Part shown: one piece after another, positions 1 to 10,849 of the stretch
Layout: each line of letters opens with the position of its first letter
Position numbering within the stretch: position 1 is the stretch's first letter
NCBI GenBank assembly: GCA_026225415.1
Contig: JAMFSS010000002.1
Span: 25,915-89,914, forward strand
Length of the DNA: 64,000 bases
Reading direction: 5' to 3'
Source: Alphaproteobacteria bacterium
GTDB taxonomy: Bacteria; Pseudomonadota; Alphaproteobacteria; UBA9219
Made by a program: the position numbers and the translations under genes
Notes under the pieces: model-generated
The model's input: the letters and a program-made list of their open reading frames with translations, nothing else
What the model was told of the DNA's origin: nothing
The model's database searches: none

Positions 1-1189
1 ACTTCTCAGCCCCAAAGATAAAACAGTTATCAGCCGCGTCAGCGCCCGCGCTTTGTGGATACGCTTGCTGACCGCGCGTATTGAAACCGGCGAACCATAC
101 ATGCTGTTCGTCGATAACGTAAACCGCCATATCCCCGAACATCACAAGCTGGCCGGTCTCGAAGTCAAGATGTCCAATCTGTGCAGTGAAATCACACTGC
201 CCACTGGTTTGGATAAAGACGGTCACCAACGCACAGCGGTGTGCTGCTTGTCGTCGCTCAATCTTGAAAAATTCCTTGAATGGGAAAACCACCCGACCTT
301 TATCGAAGATTGCCTGCGCTTCCTCGATAATATCCTTGATGATTTTATCGCCCGCGCGCCCGATCACATGTCGCGCGCCAAATATTCGGCGGCGCGTGAA
401 CGTTCGGTCGGCCTTGGCGTTATGGGGATGCACAGCTTTTTCCAATCGCAAAATGTGCCTATCGAAAGCGTTATGGCCAAGGTTTGGAACAAGCGTATGT
501 TCCGCCATATCAAGGCGCAGGCCGATGAAGCCTCGGTCAAGCTGGCGCATGAACGCGGCGCGTGTCCCGATGCCGAGGATTACGGTATTATGGAACGCTT
601 CTCGAACAAGATTGCGATTGCGCCAACCGCATCGATCTCAATCATTTGCGGCGGCGCAAGCCCCGGTATCGAACCCACCACGGCCAATTCCTATTTGCAC
701 AAAACCCTGTCGGGCAGCTTTGCGGTACGCAATGAATATCTCGCCAAGATTTTGGAAAAATACGGCAAGAATAACGAAGACACATGGAGTAGCATCACGC
801 AGCATGAAGGCTCGGTTCAGCATCTCGACTTCCTTGATGATCATGAAAAAATGGTCTATCGCACCGCGTTCGAACTTGACCAGCGTTGGTTGATCGAACT
901 GGCCGCTGACCGCGCGCCATTTGTTTGCCAGGCGCAAAGCCTCAACATCTTCCTGCCGGCCGATGTGCATAAGAAAGATTTGCACATGATCCATTTCACG
1001 GCATGGAAACGCGGCGTGAAGAGCCTGTATTACTGTCGCTCCAAATCCATGCAACGCGCGGAATCTGCGGCGCATGCGGCGGCTAATCCTGGCCAATCCA
1101 TGCCGGCGAATGATGATGCCGTACGCCAAATGCCGGCAGACGCGGATGCAGACGCCAACAAGTATGAAGAATGTCTGTCATGCCAGTAA
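1..1189 (+). CDS. nrdA: Ribonucleotide reductase class Ia alpha subunit, 5'-truncated by window edge
   Basis: ETGEPY, SNLCSEI (thiyl radical Cys), IAPTASIS, KSLYYCRS tyrosine pair, C-terminal CLSCQ; frame open from position 2. Confidence 0.97.
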   Translation, partial: LLSPKDKTVISRVSARALWIRLLTARIETGEPYMLFVDNVNRHIPEHHKLAGLEVKMSNLCSEITLPTGLDKDGHQRTAVCCLSSLNLEKFLEWENHPTFIEDCLRFLDNILDDFIARAPDHMSRAKYSAARERSVGLGVMGMHSFFQSQNVPIESVMAKVWNKRMFRHIKAQADEASVKLAHERGACPDAEDYGIMERFSNKIAIAPTASISIICGGASPGIEPTTANSYLHKTLSGSFAVRNEYLAKILEKYGKNNEDTWSSITQHEGSVQHLDFLDDHEKMVYRTAFELDQRWLIELAADRAPFVCQAQSLNIFLPADVHKKDLHMIHFTAWKRGVKSLYYCRSKSMQRAESAAHAAANPGQSMPANDDAVRQMPADADADANKYEECLSCQ

Positions 1190-1203
1190 GTGGAAAATAG
1201 ACA

Positions 1204-1521
1204 ATGTTGTTCGGTTCGGCCTCCTACAAAATGCCCTCCGGTATCGTGCAAGCGATAGAGGATGCCGTTTTGCTAGGCAATGTGCGCGAGCTTGTCGGCG
1301 TGATGGAACTGGTCAAGGATGAAGAAGATTTCCCTAAAGAATTACGTTACGGGATTGAATCCTTGCTCTATTTCCGCATGTATTACGGCAAAAATGGTGA
1401 GGTGCCGCCCGTCAATGATGCCGATAGACAAAAACGCATTCAGATGGAAATATCGTGGGGCAGGGAGCTGATCGAAAGCATCGGTCATTATCCTGATTTG
1501 ACCGAAATGAAGTATGCGTAA
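1204..1521 (+). CDS. Hypothetical protein (105 aa) between nrdA and nrdB
   Basis: Fills the gap co-directionally, 14 bp after the nrdA stop; no recognised motif. Confidence 0.65.
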   Translation: MLFGSASYKMPSGIVQAIEDAVLLGNVRELVGVMELVKDEEDFPKELRYGIESLLYFRMYYGKNGEVPPVNDADRQKRIQMEISWGRELIESIGHYPDLTEMKYA

Positions 1522-1524
1522 GGT

Positions 1525-1716
1525 ATGATTATGAGCAAGGAATTTGATCTGGATATGAAAATTCGAGGGTTGGTTGATCTGTTTGTAAGTGGGAAAATGA
1601 GCCCGGACCAACTTAATGAACTTGATTATGCCGTTGCCGCCCGTTCGAATATGATGCGCCCCAAACGCCCAACCCCTGAACAGCGCGCTAGATTAGCTCG
1701 CCTTCTTCGTCGCTAA
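1525..1716 (+). CDS. Hypothetical small basic protein (61-63 aa)
   Basis: Tightly packed between the previous ORF and nrdB; Arg-rich C-terminus; start may be 1531. Confidence 0.55.
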   Translation: MIMSKEFDLDMKIRGLVDLFVSGKMSPDQLNELDYAVAARSNMMRPKRPTPEQRARLARLLRR

Positions 1717-1732
1717 CTTAATAGGAAAAAAA

Positions 1733-2722
1733 ATGTCCGGCCTTCTGACCCCCAACCCCGTCTACAAACCTTTCCGTTATCCTTGGGCTTATGAATGCTG
1801 GCAGAAGCAACAGCAACTTCATTGGCTGCCCGAAGAAGTGCCGATGGCCGACGACATCAAGGATTGGAAGCAAAAGCTTACCGCTTCCGAGCGCAGCTTG
1901 CTCACCCACATCTTCCGCTTCTTCACTCAAGCCGATGTGGAGGTGAACAACTGCTATATGCAGAAATATGCGACCGTCTTTCAACCGACCGAAGTCAAAA
2001 TGATGTTGGCGGCATTCTCCAACATGGAAACCATCCATGTCGCCGCCTATTCGCATCTGCTCGACACAATCGGCATGCCCGAAGTCGAATATTCCGCTTT
2101 CCTTCGTTACAAGGAAATGAAAGACAAATACGACTTCATGCAAAATTTCAATTGCAGCAGCCCGGTCGAAATCGCCCGCACAATAGCTGTGTTTGGCGGC
2201 TTCACCGAAGGCCTGCAACTCTTCGCATCTTTCGCCATGTTGATGAACTTCCCGCGCTTCAATAAAATGAAGGGCATGGGGCAAATCGTCACCTGGTCGG
2301 TGCGCGATGAAACATTGCACACACTGTCGATGATCCGTTTGTTCCGTACTTTCATCGATGAAAATAAATTCATCTGGACGGACAGCTTCCAACGGGAACT
2401 CTATCTGGCCTGCGACACCATTATCGATCACGAAGACGCCTTTATCGATCTGGCGTTCGAATTGGGCGCGGTCGAAGGCCTGAGCGCTGATGAAGTGAAA
2501 TCCTACATCCGCTACATAGCGGATCGCCGCCTGACCCAACTTGGCCTGCAACCCATTTACAAGGTCGCGAAAAATCCGTTGCCCTGGATGGATGATATGC
2601 TGAACGGGGCAGAACATGCAAATTTCTTTGAAGCCCGCGCGACAGAATACAGCCGCGCCGCAACCCAAGGCTCATGGGAAGACGCATTCTCGTCGTTCAT
2701 CACAACGGATGCCGCAGAATAA
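1733..2722 (+). CDS. nrdB: Ribonucleotide reductase class Ia beta subunit
   Basis: YKPFRYPWA, HWLPEEV, di-metal ligands FTQAD, ETIHVAAY (radical Tyr), TEGLQLF, RDETLH; NFFEARATEY. Confidence 0.97.
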   Translation: MSGLLTPNPVYKPFRYPWAYECWQKQQQLHWLPEEVPMADDIKDWKQKLTASERSLLTHIFRFFTQADVEVNNCYMQKYATVFQPTEVKMMLAAFSNMETIHVAAYSHLLDTIGMPEVEYSAFLRYKEMKDKYDFMQNFNCSSPVEIARTIAVFGGFTEGLQLFASFAMLMNFPRFNKMKGMGQIVTWSVRDETLHTLSMIRLFRTFIDENKFIWTDSFQRELYLACDTIIDHEDAFIDLAFELGAVEGLSADEVKSYIRYIADRRLTQLGLQPIYKVAKNPLPWMDDMLNGAEHANFFEARATEYSRAATQGSWEDAFSSFITTDAAE

Positions 2723-2723
2723 G

Positions 2724-2972
2724 TTAGGGATTTTGAACGCGGTCACGAAAACGGGCACAAAAACTTTCTAAAGAAAGGGTCCGTTGCTCGGCCGCGGAAG
2801 CCGCATAATGGCCGCGCAATAATGTGGCATTAAAACGGACATGCGGAATTCCCATGCGGTCTTGCCCAACTTCGACAATTTCCGCTGTTTCGGTCATGGA
2901 TCCACTAACGATGCGCTTGAAAACCGCGCCTTCTTCGATGCCCATTGGGGTTTTTTGAAAATTCTGAATCAT
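2724..2972 (-). CDS. Small hypothetical protein
   Basis: 82-aa ORF downstream of anmK, convergent with nrdB; GIPHVRF motif. Confidence 0.65.
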   Translation of the reverse strand: MIQNFQKTPMGIEEGAVFKRIVSGSMTETAEIVEVGQDRMGIPHVRFNATLLRGHYAASAAEQRTLSLESFCARFRDRVQNP

Positions 2973-3027
2973 AATAAAATCCGGTAATGTTTCAGAAACA
3001 AAACAATCGGCTATAATCCATAAAAAA

Positions 3028-4104
3028 TCAAGATTTATAGAGCCTCCCGCCGGTTAAAGCATAAGGAACACCTGTGGTTGTAGGCAAACTTAACGGCAAT
3101 CCTAATAATGACCGAACCGCCAGCCATGCGAAAGCCTCGGCTTCCAGCCCATCACCACTCCACCCCAACTCATCAACCGAATGAACCGACAATCCTGTCA
3201 CATCACCAATCCACCGCATAAGGGTGGTGTTGTGCCGCCCGCCGCCCGCCACATAAATGGCAGACGATCTTTGCGGCAAAAAGGGCAGGGCAGCAGCCAC
3301 AGCCCGCGCCGTCAACATGGTTAATGTCGCGGTACCATCGGCGGCGTTCAAATGTTCGGGCACATATTTTTTTAACTCATCGCGATCAAGCGATTTGGGC
3401 GGCACGCGCCGGAAAAACTCAATCGCCAAAGCGTGCATGACCGCATCCTCGTCAACTTCGCCGGCGGCTGCCAACAACCCGTCCTTGTCAAACGGGTGCC
3501 CCGTATGGCGCAACACCCAATCATCAATTAATGCATTGCCGGTGCCGACATCAAACGCGAGAATATCTTCGTTATCTACATAAGTTACATTCGATACACC
3601 GCCAATATTCAAAATCAAAATCGGTTTGGCCAAAGACGCCACTAATGCCTGATGATAAAGCGGCACCAACGGCGCGCCGTTACCGCCCGCCAAAACATCG
3701 GCGCTGCGAAAATCATTGATAACATCGATGCCGGTCATCATCGCCAGTTTCGCGCCATCACCGATCTGTATCGTCAATTTTCGTTCGGGGCGGTGATACA
3801 AAGTCTGCCCGTGGAACCCAATCAAATCTGGTTTCATCCCCACTTGCGCAATCAACGCATGGCAAATATCGGCATGAAGTTCGGTTAATTCCGCCTCGAA
3901 CGCGGCCACTTCGGGGTCAGCCGCGCCTTGCTCATTACCCAGATGCAACCGCAATTTGGCGCGAAAATCGGCGCTGTAAGGGTTGGCCAAAAACCCCAAA
4001 ACACGCACAAAATCATGCCCATCGGTTTCAATCATGGCGGCATCGATACCGTCGATCGATGTGCCGCTCATCAGGCCAAGCGAGGTGTAAAGTTTGGGCT
4101 TCAT
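3028..4104 (-). CDS. anmK: Anhydro-N-acetylmuramic acid kinase
   Basis: [41 protein letters not shown]; divergent from tyrS; start trimmed to MKPKLY. Confidence 0.95.
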   Translation of the reverse strand: MKPKLYTSLGLMSGTSIDGIDAAMIETDGHDFVRVLGFLANPYSADFRAKLRLHLGNEQGAADPEVAAFEAELTELHADICHALIAQVGMKPDLIGFHGQTLYHRPERKLTIQIGDGAKLAMMTGIDVINDFRSADVLAGGNGAPLVPLYHQALVASLAKPILILNIGGVSNVTYVDNEDILAFDVGTGNALIDDWVLRHTGHPFDKDGLLAAAGEVDEDAVMHALAIEFFRRVPPKSLDRDELKKYVPEHLNAADGTATLTMLTARAVAAALPFLPQRSSAIYVAGGGRHNTTLMRWIGDVTGLSVHSVDELGWSGDGLEAEAFAWLAVRSLLGLPLSLPTTTGVPYALTGGRLYKS

Positions 4105-4161
4105 GTCAGGCAAACTGTTAGATACAATAGATTCTGCATTATAACATACGAGTTCCAACTA

Positions 4162-5415
4162 ATGACACAAACATTCAAATCCGACTTTCTCCGCGTTATG
4201 AGCGAACGTGGTCATGTCAACCAATGCACCGATCTGGCCGCTTTGGATGAACAGGCAACCAAAGCCGTGATTTCTGGCTATGTTGGCTATGATGCTACGG
4301 CCAAAAGCCTGCATATCGGCAATCTGGCCACCATTATGATGCTGCGCCGCTTGCAGCAAACGGGGCACCGGCCAATTGTTTTGATGGGCGGCGGCACGAC
4401 CAAGGTGGGCGACCCTTCCGATAAAAACGAGGCGCGCCCGATGCGCACCCATGAAGAAATTAACGAAAATATCGACAGCATCAAAACTGTGTTCAGCAAT
4501 TTCCTGAAATTCGGCAATGGCGCAACCGATGCCATCATGGTCAACAATGCCGATTGGTTGGATAAGCTCGAATACATCCCGTTCCTCCGCGATGTGGGGC
4601 AACATTTCACCATCAATCGCATGATTACTTTCGATTTCGTGCGCCGCCGTCTTGAAAAAGAACAACCGCTGACCTTCCTCGAACTCAATTACATGATTAT
4701 GCAGGCCTATGATTTTGCCGAGCTAAACCAACGCAATAACTGCATCCTGCAGATGGGCGGCTCCGACCAATGGGGGAATATCGTCTGTGGCACAGAGCTG
4801 GGAAGAAAATGGAAAAAGGCCAGCCTGTATGGACTGACAACACCGCTCATCACCACGGCCTCGGGCGTGAAAATGGGCAAGACGGTTAGTGGCGCTTTGT
4901 GGCTCAAGAAAGAACTTTTGTCTTCCTATGATTATTGGCAATTCTGGCGCAATACCGAAGATGCTGATGTCGGGCGCTTCCTTAAACTATTCACCGATTT
5001 GCCCTTGAATGAAATCACGCGTCTGGAAAATCTGAAAGACACCGAAATCAACGAAGCCAAAAAGATTTTGGCGTTCGAAGCCACTCAACTGGCGCATGGC
5101 CGCGATGCGGCACAAAGCGCGGCGGATACAGCCAAAGCAACCTTTGAAGGTGGCGGCGGCGGCGGTGATTTACCGGTGTTTGAAATATCCAGCGAAGCAG
5201 TTCTTGTTATTGTTATCATGATTGCCTTGGGCTTGGCCGCATCGAAAGGCGAAGCCAAACGTCTTATCGAACAAGGTGGAGTGAAGCTTAATGATCAGCC
5301 AGTTACAACGCTGGATAAAACCATCAGTGCAACAGACGTACAAAGCAGCCCAAATGGCGCGGCGCGCCTAAGCGTGGGCAAAAAGAAGCACGCCTTGATC
5401 AAGTTGGTTGCATAG
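4162..5415 (+). CDS. tyrS: Tyrosine--tRNA ligase
   Basis: HIGN and KMGKT class I motifs, GGSDQWGN, C-terminal S4 domain; start trimmed to MTQTFKS. Confidence 0.97.
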   Translation: MTQTFKSDFLRVMSERGHVNQCTDLAALDEQATKAVISGYVGYDATAKSLHIGNLATIMMLRRLQQTGHRPIVLMGGGTTKVGDPSDKNEARPMRTHEEINENIDSIKTVFSNFLKFGNGATDAIMVNNADWLDKLEYIPFLRDVGQHFTINRMITFDFVRRRLEKEQPLTFLELNYMIMQAYDFAELNQRNNCILQMGGSDQWGNIVCGTELGRKWKKASLYGLTTPLITTASGVKMGKTVSGALWLKKELLSSYDYWQFWRNTEDADVGRFLKLFTDLPLNEITRLENLKDTEINEAKKILAFEATQLAHGRDAAQSAADTAKATFEGGGGGGDLPVFEISSEAVLVIVIMIALGLAASKGEAKRLIEQGGVKLNDQPVTTLDKTISATDVQSSPNGAARLSVGKKKHALIKLVA

Positions 5416-5441
5416 AAAAGAAGTGTAAATGTAAAAAAGGT

Positions 5442-5524
5442 CTTCCTCTCCCTATGGGAGAGGAAGCAAAAACTTAGGCTTGCCCTTCTTGGCAAGTCTT
5501 AGTTTTTTGCAGGTGAGGGGTAAC
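5442..5524 (+). repeat. Intergenic palindromic repeat, copy A
   Basis: CTTCCTCTCCC-TAT-GGGAGAGGAAG hairpin, then GCAAAAACTTAGGCTTGCC-loop-GGCAAGTCTTAGTTTTTTGC hairpin, then AGGTGAGGGG; recurs at 28857, 29380, 37142, 37953. Confidence 0.9.
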
Positions 5525-5541
5525 AACGATCGCCGTGATAG

Positions 5542-7398
5542 CTATTGCTTTAAAAATTCTTCCAACGCCGGCTTGTTGATTTCATAAAGCAAATAAGTCC
5601 CCCGCAAATGCGGATGGATAGGGCGTAACCACGGCACATAACCGTGGTTTTGCAAACGCTCGAACATCATCGGCTGTTCGCCGGGCAACAAAGGCGGCGC
5701 GGTGACAGGCATGGGGCACAGCACAACCAGATCGATGTTATGCCGCCGGGCAATATCGGCGGCATCATGCAAATCTTGGGTGCCGTAAAAACGTTCATTC
5801 TCGATAAATTTATCGCCCGATGGATACAGATTTAAAAAATCTATTTTCAGATGCGTGTAATACAACAACCGCGTTGAATCGTTGCCCTGCGCCATCACGC
5901 GCGTGTCATTACCGTAATTACTGTTCAAATATTCCGCCAAAGCCAGCGGATTGCATGTTTCCGGCATCGATTGCCGCAGGGCAGGGAAGGCCAACACCCG
6001 TTTCCATGTCATGAAAGGCGAACCCATCGCGGGAAACACCAGCAACCATAAGGGGCTAAGGAAAAAGAAAACAACCGGCATTAAAAAAATATGCTGGCGT
6101 TTTATCTTCGTCCCAATTTTTTGCGCCACCCATAATTGCCACGCGCAAGCATCAAGCGCGGCATGATGATAAAAGCGAGAGATATATTCGGCGCATCCCG
6201 CAGTTGCCAAACTAAAACCCAGATAGGCAAAATTTAATGCGCGGCGGCGGCGCGCCCCCGGCATGCGACATGCCCAAATGCCACCTGCAACCGCGATAAC
6301 CAAAGGCATCGATAAACAGACAAAATCGAACACACCATGGGCAACGCGCCACAAAGGTTGCGCTTCGGCATGTTCACGGAAAACCATCATGCGTTCTTGC
6401 GGCGACAATCCCACGGCGGGGCCATTGATAATTTGCGGAAAACAAAACAACATAACGCCGCCTATAACAAAACCAGTCAGGCAGAGCAGGGCGAGTTGAT
6501 GCGGTTTTTCCCGAACCCGACACAAAACTTGATATTCCACAAATAAAAATAATGCGGCACAGCCGACAAAGATTGCGCCCAACACAGAAGGCTCAACAAA
6601 TGAAATATCAAGCCAATGCGCCGGCGGTTGATGCAACGGCAACAACAATAAACTGCCCACTGCGCCTATCCCTATGCCGCGACTAACTCTATAAATAAAT
6701 TGTGGCAGTTCAAAATACCACGCCACAAATCCCGCGCACAAAACCGCAATGGCAATAAGGGGAAGCGCTTCGATACCAACGGCCAATAGCAACGCCGCAA
6801 CCATGCCAATCACGACAGAAGTATTTTTGCCCAAAACCGCGCGCCCAATCGCGCCATATAAAAACAGGCAAAGAATTATGTAATAAGGATGATGGCTGGC
6901 CTCGCCCGCGTGAAAACCGGCAATAGAAAAATCCTTATAATTTAAAACTGTCGTAAAACTCACGAACAGAATAATCAACCACGCGTTTTTCTTGCCCACC
7001 AAGGGGCGAGCAAAATAACACGCCGCACCAAACAAAATGCCCAATTCGGCAAAAGGCACAATAATCGATGCCACCAGCGCCGCATGGGCTTGGTCTGTAA
7101 CAAGCTGAGCAAGCCAAACCACAGCGGCAATCGGCATATCAACCAGCCGCGACCAGATAGTCGTAAATCCATCCGGCTCATTCACGCGGGTTATCAGCCG
7201 GTCATACCAACCGGCGCCATTCAGCCAATTCAAAACCTGAACCATCCGCACATGATCGTCATAACCGATCAAATATCCATTAAGCGGCCCGGACACGGAA
7301 ACAGTCAAACAGCATATCAAGGCATAGAGCCATACGGCCACCGGCACGCCGCGATAGGGCGGTGTAAACAATGCGCGGCGGCACCATGTTAAAATCAT
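5542..7398 (-). CDS. Polytopic membrane protein, probable GT-C fold (STT3/PMT-like) glycosyltransferase
   Basis: DDHVRMVQV...GWYD...WSRLVD first loop, many TM helices, soluble C-terminal domain; start uncertain (7398-7446). Confidence 0.7.
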   Translation of the reverse strand: MILTWCRRALFTPPYRGVPVAVWLYALICCLTVSVSGPLNGYLIGYDDHVRMVQVLNWLNGAGWYDRLITRVNEPDGFTTIWSRLVDMPIAAVVWLAQLVTDQAHAALVASIIVPFAELGILFGAACYFARPLVGKKNAWLIILFVSFTTVLNYKDFSIAGFHAGEASHHPYYIILCLFLYGAIGRAVLGKNTSVVIGMVAALLLAVGIEALPLIAIAVLCAGFVAWYFELPQFIYRVSRGIGIGAVGSLLLLPLHQPPAHWLDISFVEPSVLGAIFVGCAALFLFVEYQVLCRVREKPHQLALLCLTGFVIGGVMLFCFPQIINGPAVGLSPQERMMVFREHAEAQPLWRVAHGVFDFVCLSMPLVIAVAGGIWACRMPGARRRRALNFAYLGFSLATAGCAEYISRFYHHAALDACAWQLWVAQKIGTKIKRQHIFLMPVVFFFLSPLWLLVFPAMGSPFMTWKRVLAFPALRQSMPETCNPLALAEYLNSNYGNDTRVMAQGNDSTRLLYYTHLKIDFLNLYPSGDKFIENERFYGTQDLHDAADIARRHNIDLVVLCPMPVTAPPLLPGEQPMMFERLQNHGYVPWLRPIHPHLRGTYLLYEINKPALEEFLKQ

Positions 7399-7614
7399 CT
7401 GTGGTCTGTGTGGTGTTTGTGTATCGGTATGTTGATTCCGTCGCACAGATTAATCCAAAACACGCCGCAAGGATAAGGCGATCTATTTTGTTTGTGCCGG
7501 TTAATCAGCCATTTAAGGCTAGGGCTTCCTCGCCCCATAAGTCGCATAAGATATATTATGTTAAATGAGGTGTAAAAGTGAGCAGCCACAATTTCATAGC
7601 TTCCTGCGCCCGGC

Positions 7615-9258
7615 TTAGTTGGCAGACTTCTTCTCATGCGCATTACCCTCATAATGCTCAAACCCGCCGCGCAAATCTTTCACAATCGCCAATGGCACGC
7701 CCATACGTTCGACGCGGATAACTTCCTTGCCCGGTCGCATGTCCTGGCACAGCCACCGCGTGGTCGAGAGGAAGAATTCGGCGGGCTCGTTCGCCACCAC
7801 AGGCTCATAATCCGGTGGCAGATAAATCATGGCCGAGTCCCACGGGCCGCAAATGGCAATCTTGTAAATCTTGCCCGCCGGAACGCCGCCTTCACCGGCA
7901 ACCAGATTCTGGATATCCTGCGCAGCTTCCTTGAATGACGACCCCCAATAATCGGACTCATACCGGCCATAGGCACCGCGCACGCCACCGGCGAAAGAAT
8001 TGGCATAGATATACTCGTATGGATGCAGCTGCGTCATAATCGAAATTTGGGTCACAGAAAACAATCCCATCACCAGCATAAGCGATCCGGCGATCGCGCG
8101 CCGCGAGGATCTCTGGTCGAATTGGGACACGCACCACACAAAACCGGCACGCGCCGCCAAAGCCGCCACCACGCATGCCAGCGGCACCGCGAACAGAAAA
8201 TGCCGCACAGCATCATACAAAGCCGGATGCCGTATCATGGCATAAATAATGGGGAACCCGACCATCAACAGTATCAAACTAAAAGTCTGCGCCTGAGGCC
8301 GGTTAAAATGCCGCCAGATTTTCGGCAAAAAGAGTAACGACGTGCCGAGCAGGAACAATAAAAATTCCGGTAATTGAATCCCGAAATAAAGCGGGACGTA
8401 ATACCACGGCAATTGGGTGGAAAGATAAGATTTCCCATCCAGCATCACTTCGACCACTTGCGGAAAATTGCTGAACTCGCCCAAGGCGCGCAACGGGTTC
8501 ATAATCGGGTGCTGCTGCGCCCAAGGCCAACAAAACAACATCACGCCATAGGCAATCACGGCAACCGGCAACATAACGCGTTCGGCGCGCAAAAAGATAT
8601 CCCGTACCACGGCTTGGGCTGTCACCGCATCACGCCGATGCCACAACGGCAATAAAGCGACAATCCCCATGGGTGCAAGCCAGAACGCGAAAATCATCGC
8701 TCCCCCTACCCTGATACCCAAAGTCAGTCCCAGAATAACGCCCAGTTTCACAAGCGTGGGCACCCCCATCTTGGCATAGCTGCGCCCCATATAATAAATC
8801 GTCCAGATAATGCCTGCGGCAAACGGAATATCTTTCGGGTTGTTAAACATGTGGCCGTAAAACATCGGCGTGGTCACGCATAATATCAACGCCATCAAAC
8901 CAACGGCACCGCCACCCAAAAAACGCCCCAACCGCCAGGTGCCCCATAAACCGAACAAACCAAAAACCGCGTTCAATAAATGGCGCGTGTCGTAAACGCG
9001 GAATGGCGTGTAATGATCGACAACGGCGGCCAACCCGTCAAACATACCACCATACAAATACAAATTAAAAATTTCGGCAAAGCGCATATCCTTAAAGCCG
9101 GATGCGTAATAATCCGCCACCGCCTGCCCATATTGGCTTTGCAATTCTTCATCCCATGTCACGCCGTAATCCAGAAACGTGAAACAGATCAACGCAAACA
9201 CAATGCCCAAAACGGCCCATGCACCATAACGATAAAATTTCGGATTGCGTGTTAACAT
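7615..9258 (-). CDS. GT-C glycosyltransferase (ArnT/PMT-like)
   Basis: TWDEE loop, YGHMFNNPKDIPF, PWYY, LYDAVRHFLF, DYWG; many TM segments. Confidence 0.85.
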   Translation of the reverse strand: MLTRNPKFYRYGAWAVLGIVFALICFTFLDYGVTWDEELQSQYGQAVADYYASGFKDMRFAEIFNLYLYGGMFDGLAAVVDHYTPFRVYDTRHLLNAVFGLFGLWGTWRLGRFLGGGAVGLMALILCVTTPMFYGHMFNNPKDIPFAAGIIWTIYYMGRSYAKMGVPTLVKLGVILGLTLGIRVGGAMIFAFWLAPMGIVALLPLWHRRDAVTAQAVVRDIFLRAERVMLPVAVIAYGVMLFCWPWAQQHPIMNPLRALGEFSNFPQVVEVMLDGKSYLSTQLPWYYVPLYFGIQLPEFLLFLLGTSLLFLPKIWRHFNRPQAQTFSLILLMVGFPIIYAMIRHPALYDAVRHFLFAVPLACVVAALAARAGFVWCVSQFDQRSSRRAIAGSLMLVMGLFSVTQISIMTQLHPYEYIYANSFAGGVRGAYGRYESDYWGSSFKEAAQDIQNLVAGEGGVPAGKIYKIAICGPWDSAMIYLPPDYEPVVANEPAEFFLSTTRWLCQDMRPGKEVIRVERMGVPLAIVKDLRGGFEHYEGNAHEKKSAN

Positions 9259-10016
9259 TCAATAACCATCCCATCGTAACAAGGGCGAATATGCGCGGGC
9301 AATTTTGCCACCAAACTGTCGTAATCCATCGTGTGATTCATATGTGTTAAAAAGGCCTGCTCAGGTTTCACGCGCTCAATCCATTCCAATGTTCGCGCCA
9401 GATGCGCGTGGGTCGGGTGCGGTTCTTCGCGCACGCAATCAACTACCCATGTCTTAATACCTGCCAAAGCAGCAAAACCCGCTTCGTCAAACGCGCCGAC
9501 ATCGGTCGAATAGGCAAAATCTCCAAAACGGAATCCCATCGTTATTTCCGCCCCATGCTGTTGTTGAAACGGCAAGATATGCACAGCGCCGACTGTAAAA
9601 GCCCCGTCAATGATATGCGGCGCAATCGAAGGTCTGTAAAATTGTCCCGGCTTGCCCACACTCTTAAAAACATAATCAAATCTCGTTTTTAATTTACTCA
9701 TCGTATGCGCATCGGCATAAATATCGGTCGGCTTGTTGGTCAGCCAATTAATACTGCGCAGTTCGTCAATGCCATGACAATGATCGGCATGTGCATGCGT
9801 ATACAAAACGGCATCCAGTTTCTGCAGATTGCACGCCAATAATTGCTCCCGCATATCGGGCGACGTATCGACCAAAACAACGGTATCGTCTTGCTCCACC
9901 AGTATCGAAACGCGGGTACGGCGATTGCGCGGATTCTTCGGGTCGCACGCGCCCCACACATTGCCTATTAACGGAACGCCCGACGATGACCCACAACCAA
10001 GAACGGTAATTTTCAT
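9252..10016 (-). CDS. MBL-fold metallo-hydrolase (PhnP-like)
   Basis: GCGSSSGVP, THAHADHCHG, YSTD, THMNH; coupled downstream of tatD. Confidence 0.93.
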   Translation of the reverse strand: MKITVLGCGSSSGVPLIGNVWGACDPKNPRNRRTRVSILVEQDDTVVLVDTSPDMREQLLACNLQKLDAVLYTHAHADHCHGIDELRSINWLTNKPTDIYADAHTMSKLKTRFDYVFKSVGKPGQFYRPSIAPHIIDGAFTVGAVHILPFQQQHGAEITMGFRFGDFAYSTDVGAFDEAGFAALAGIKTWVVDCVREEPHPTHAHLARTLEWIERVKPEQAFLTHMNHTMDYDSLVAKLPAHIRPCYDGMVIEC

Positions 10017-10786
10017 AGCGGCGCACATTTGGTGAAGAGCCTGAAGAAATTTTCGGTCGTGATGCGCGAAATCTCGTCAAAACTCACGCCCTTCACATCG
10101 GCCAACATCTGCGCGGTTTTCACAACATAAGAAGGCTCGCATGGCTTCCCGCGATAAGGTTCCGGCGCCAGATAAGGCGAATCCGTTTCCACCAACAACC
10201 TATCCAACGGCACATCGCGCACGATATCGCGCAGCTCTTGCGATTTTTTAAAGGTGATGATGCCGGAAAGGGAAACATATAAACCGATCTTCACCCCCTC
10301 CTCCGCCAAAACACGCCCCGAACTGAAACAATGCAAAACGCCTGTCACGGCGCCCTCTTCTTTCAACACGCGTATCGTGTCCAACTCCGCATCACGGCTA
10401 TGGATAACCAACGGCAATTTCGTTTTCTGTGCCGCCCGAATATGGCGGCGGAAACTTTCTTCCTGCACTTCGCGAGGCGCATATTTGTAATAAAAATCCA
10501 AACCCGTTTCGCCAATGCCAATGGTCTTTAGCGCCGCCGTTTCCGCGATTATTTCTTCTTCGGTAACAGTCTCGCCTTCTTCATGGGTATGGTTTGGATG
10601 GATACCGAAAGTACAAAACACCTCGGTAATATTTTTCGCCGTGGCGCGAATGGCCGGATAATCGCGTTTGGTCGTGCCAATATTAACCATGCGCTTAATA
10701 CCTGCGGCGCGGGCGCGCGCAATCACCCCTTCGCGGTCTTCGGCGAGGGAGGGAAAATCGAGATGGCAGTGCGAGTCAATAAGCAT
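10013..10786 (-). CDS. tatD: TatD family nuclease
   Basis: IDSHCHLD, GIHP, GETGLD, IHSR, LHCFS, ETDSPYLAP; start trimmed to MLIDSH. Confidence 0.95.
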   Translation of the reverse strand: MLIDSHCHLDFPSLAEDREGVIARARAAGIKRMVNIGTTKRDYPAIRATAKNITEVFCTFGIHPNHTHEEGETVTEEEIIAETAALKTIGIGETGLDFYYKYAPREVQEESFRRHIRAAQKTKLPLVIHSRDAELDTIRVLKEEGAVTGVLHCFSSGRVLAEEGVKIGLYVSLSGIITFKKSQELRDIVRDVPLDRLLVETDSPYLAPEPYRGKPCEPSYVVKTAQMLADVKGVSFDEISRITTENFFRLFTKCAPL

Positions 10787-10849
10787 AGGCCTTTTATAGC
10801 CCCATATTTGGGCTTTCTCTAGGAGAATAAGAATGTTAAATCCACGCCT

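Noticed and set aside
1733-2722. Non-canonical (class Ic or Ie) RNR beta subunit
   Set aside because: All class Ia metal ligands and the radical Tyr are present
3928-4161. N-terminal extensions of tyrS and anmK in the ORF track (likewise tatD, arnT, ppdK, uvrD)
   Set aside because: They overlap neighbouring genes; family homology starts at internal Met codons
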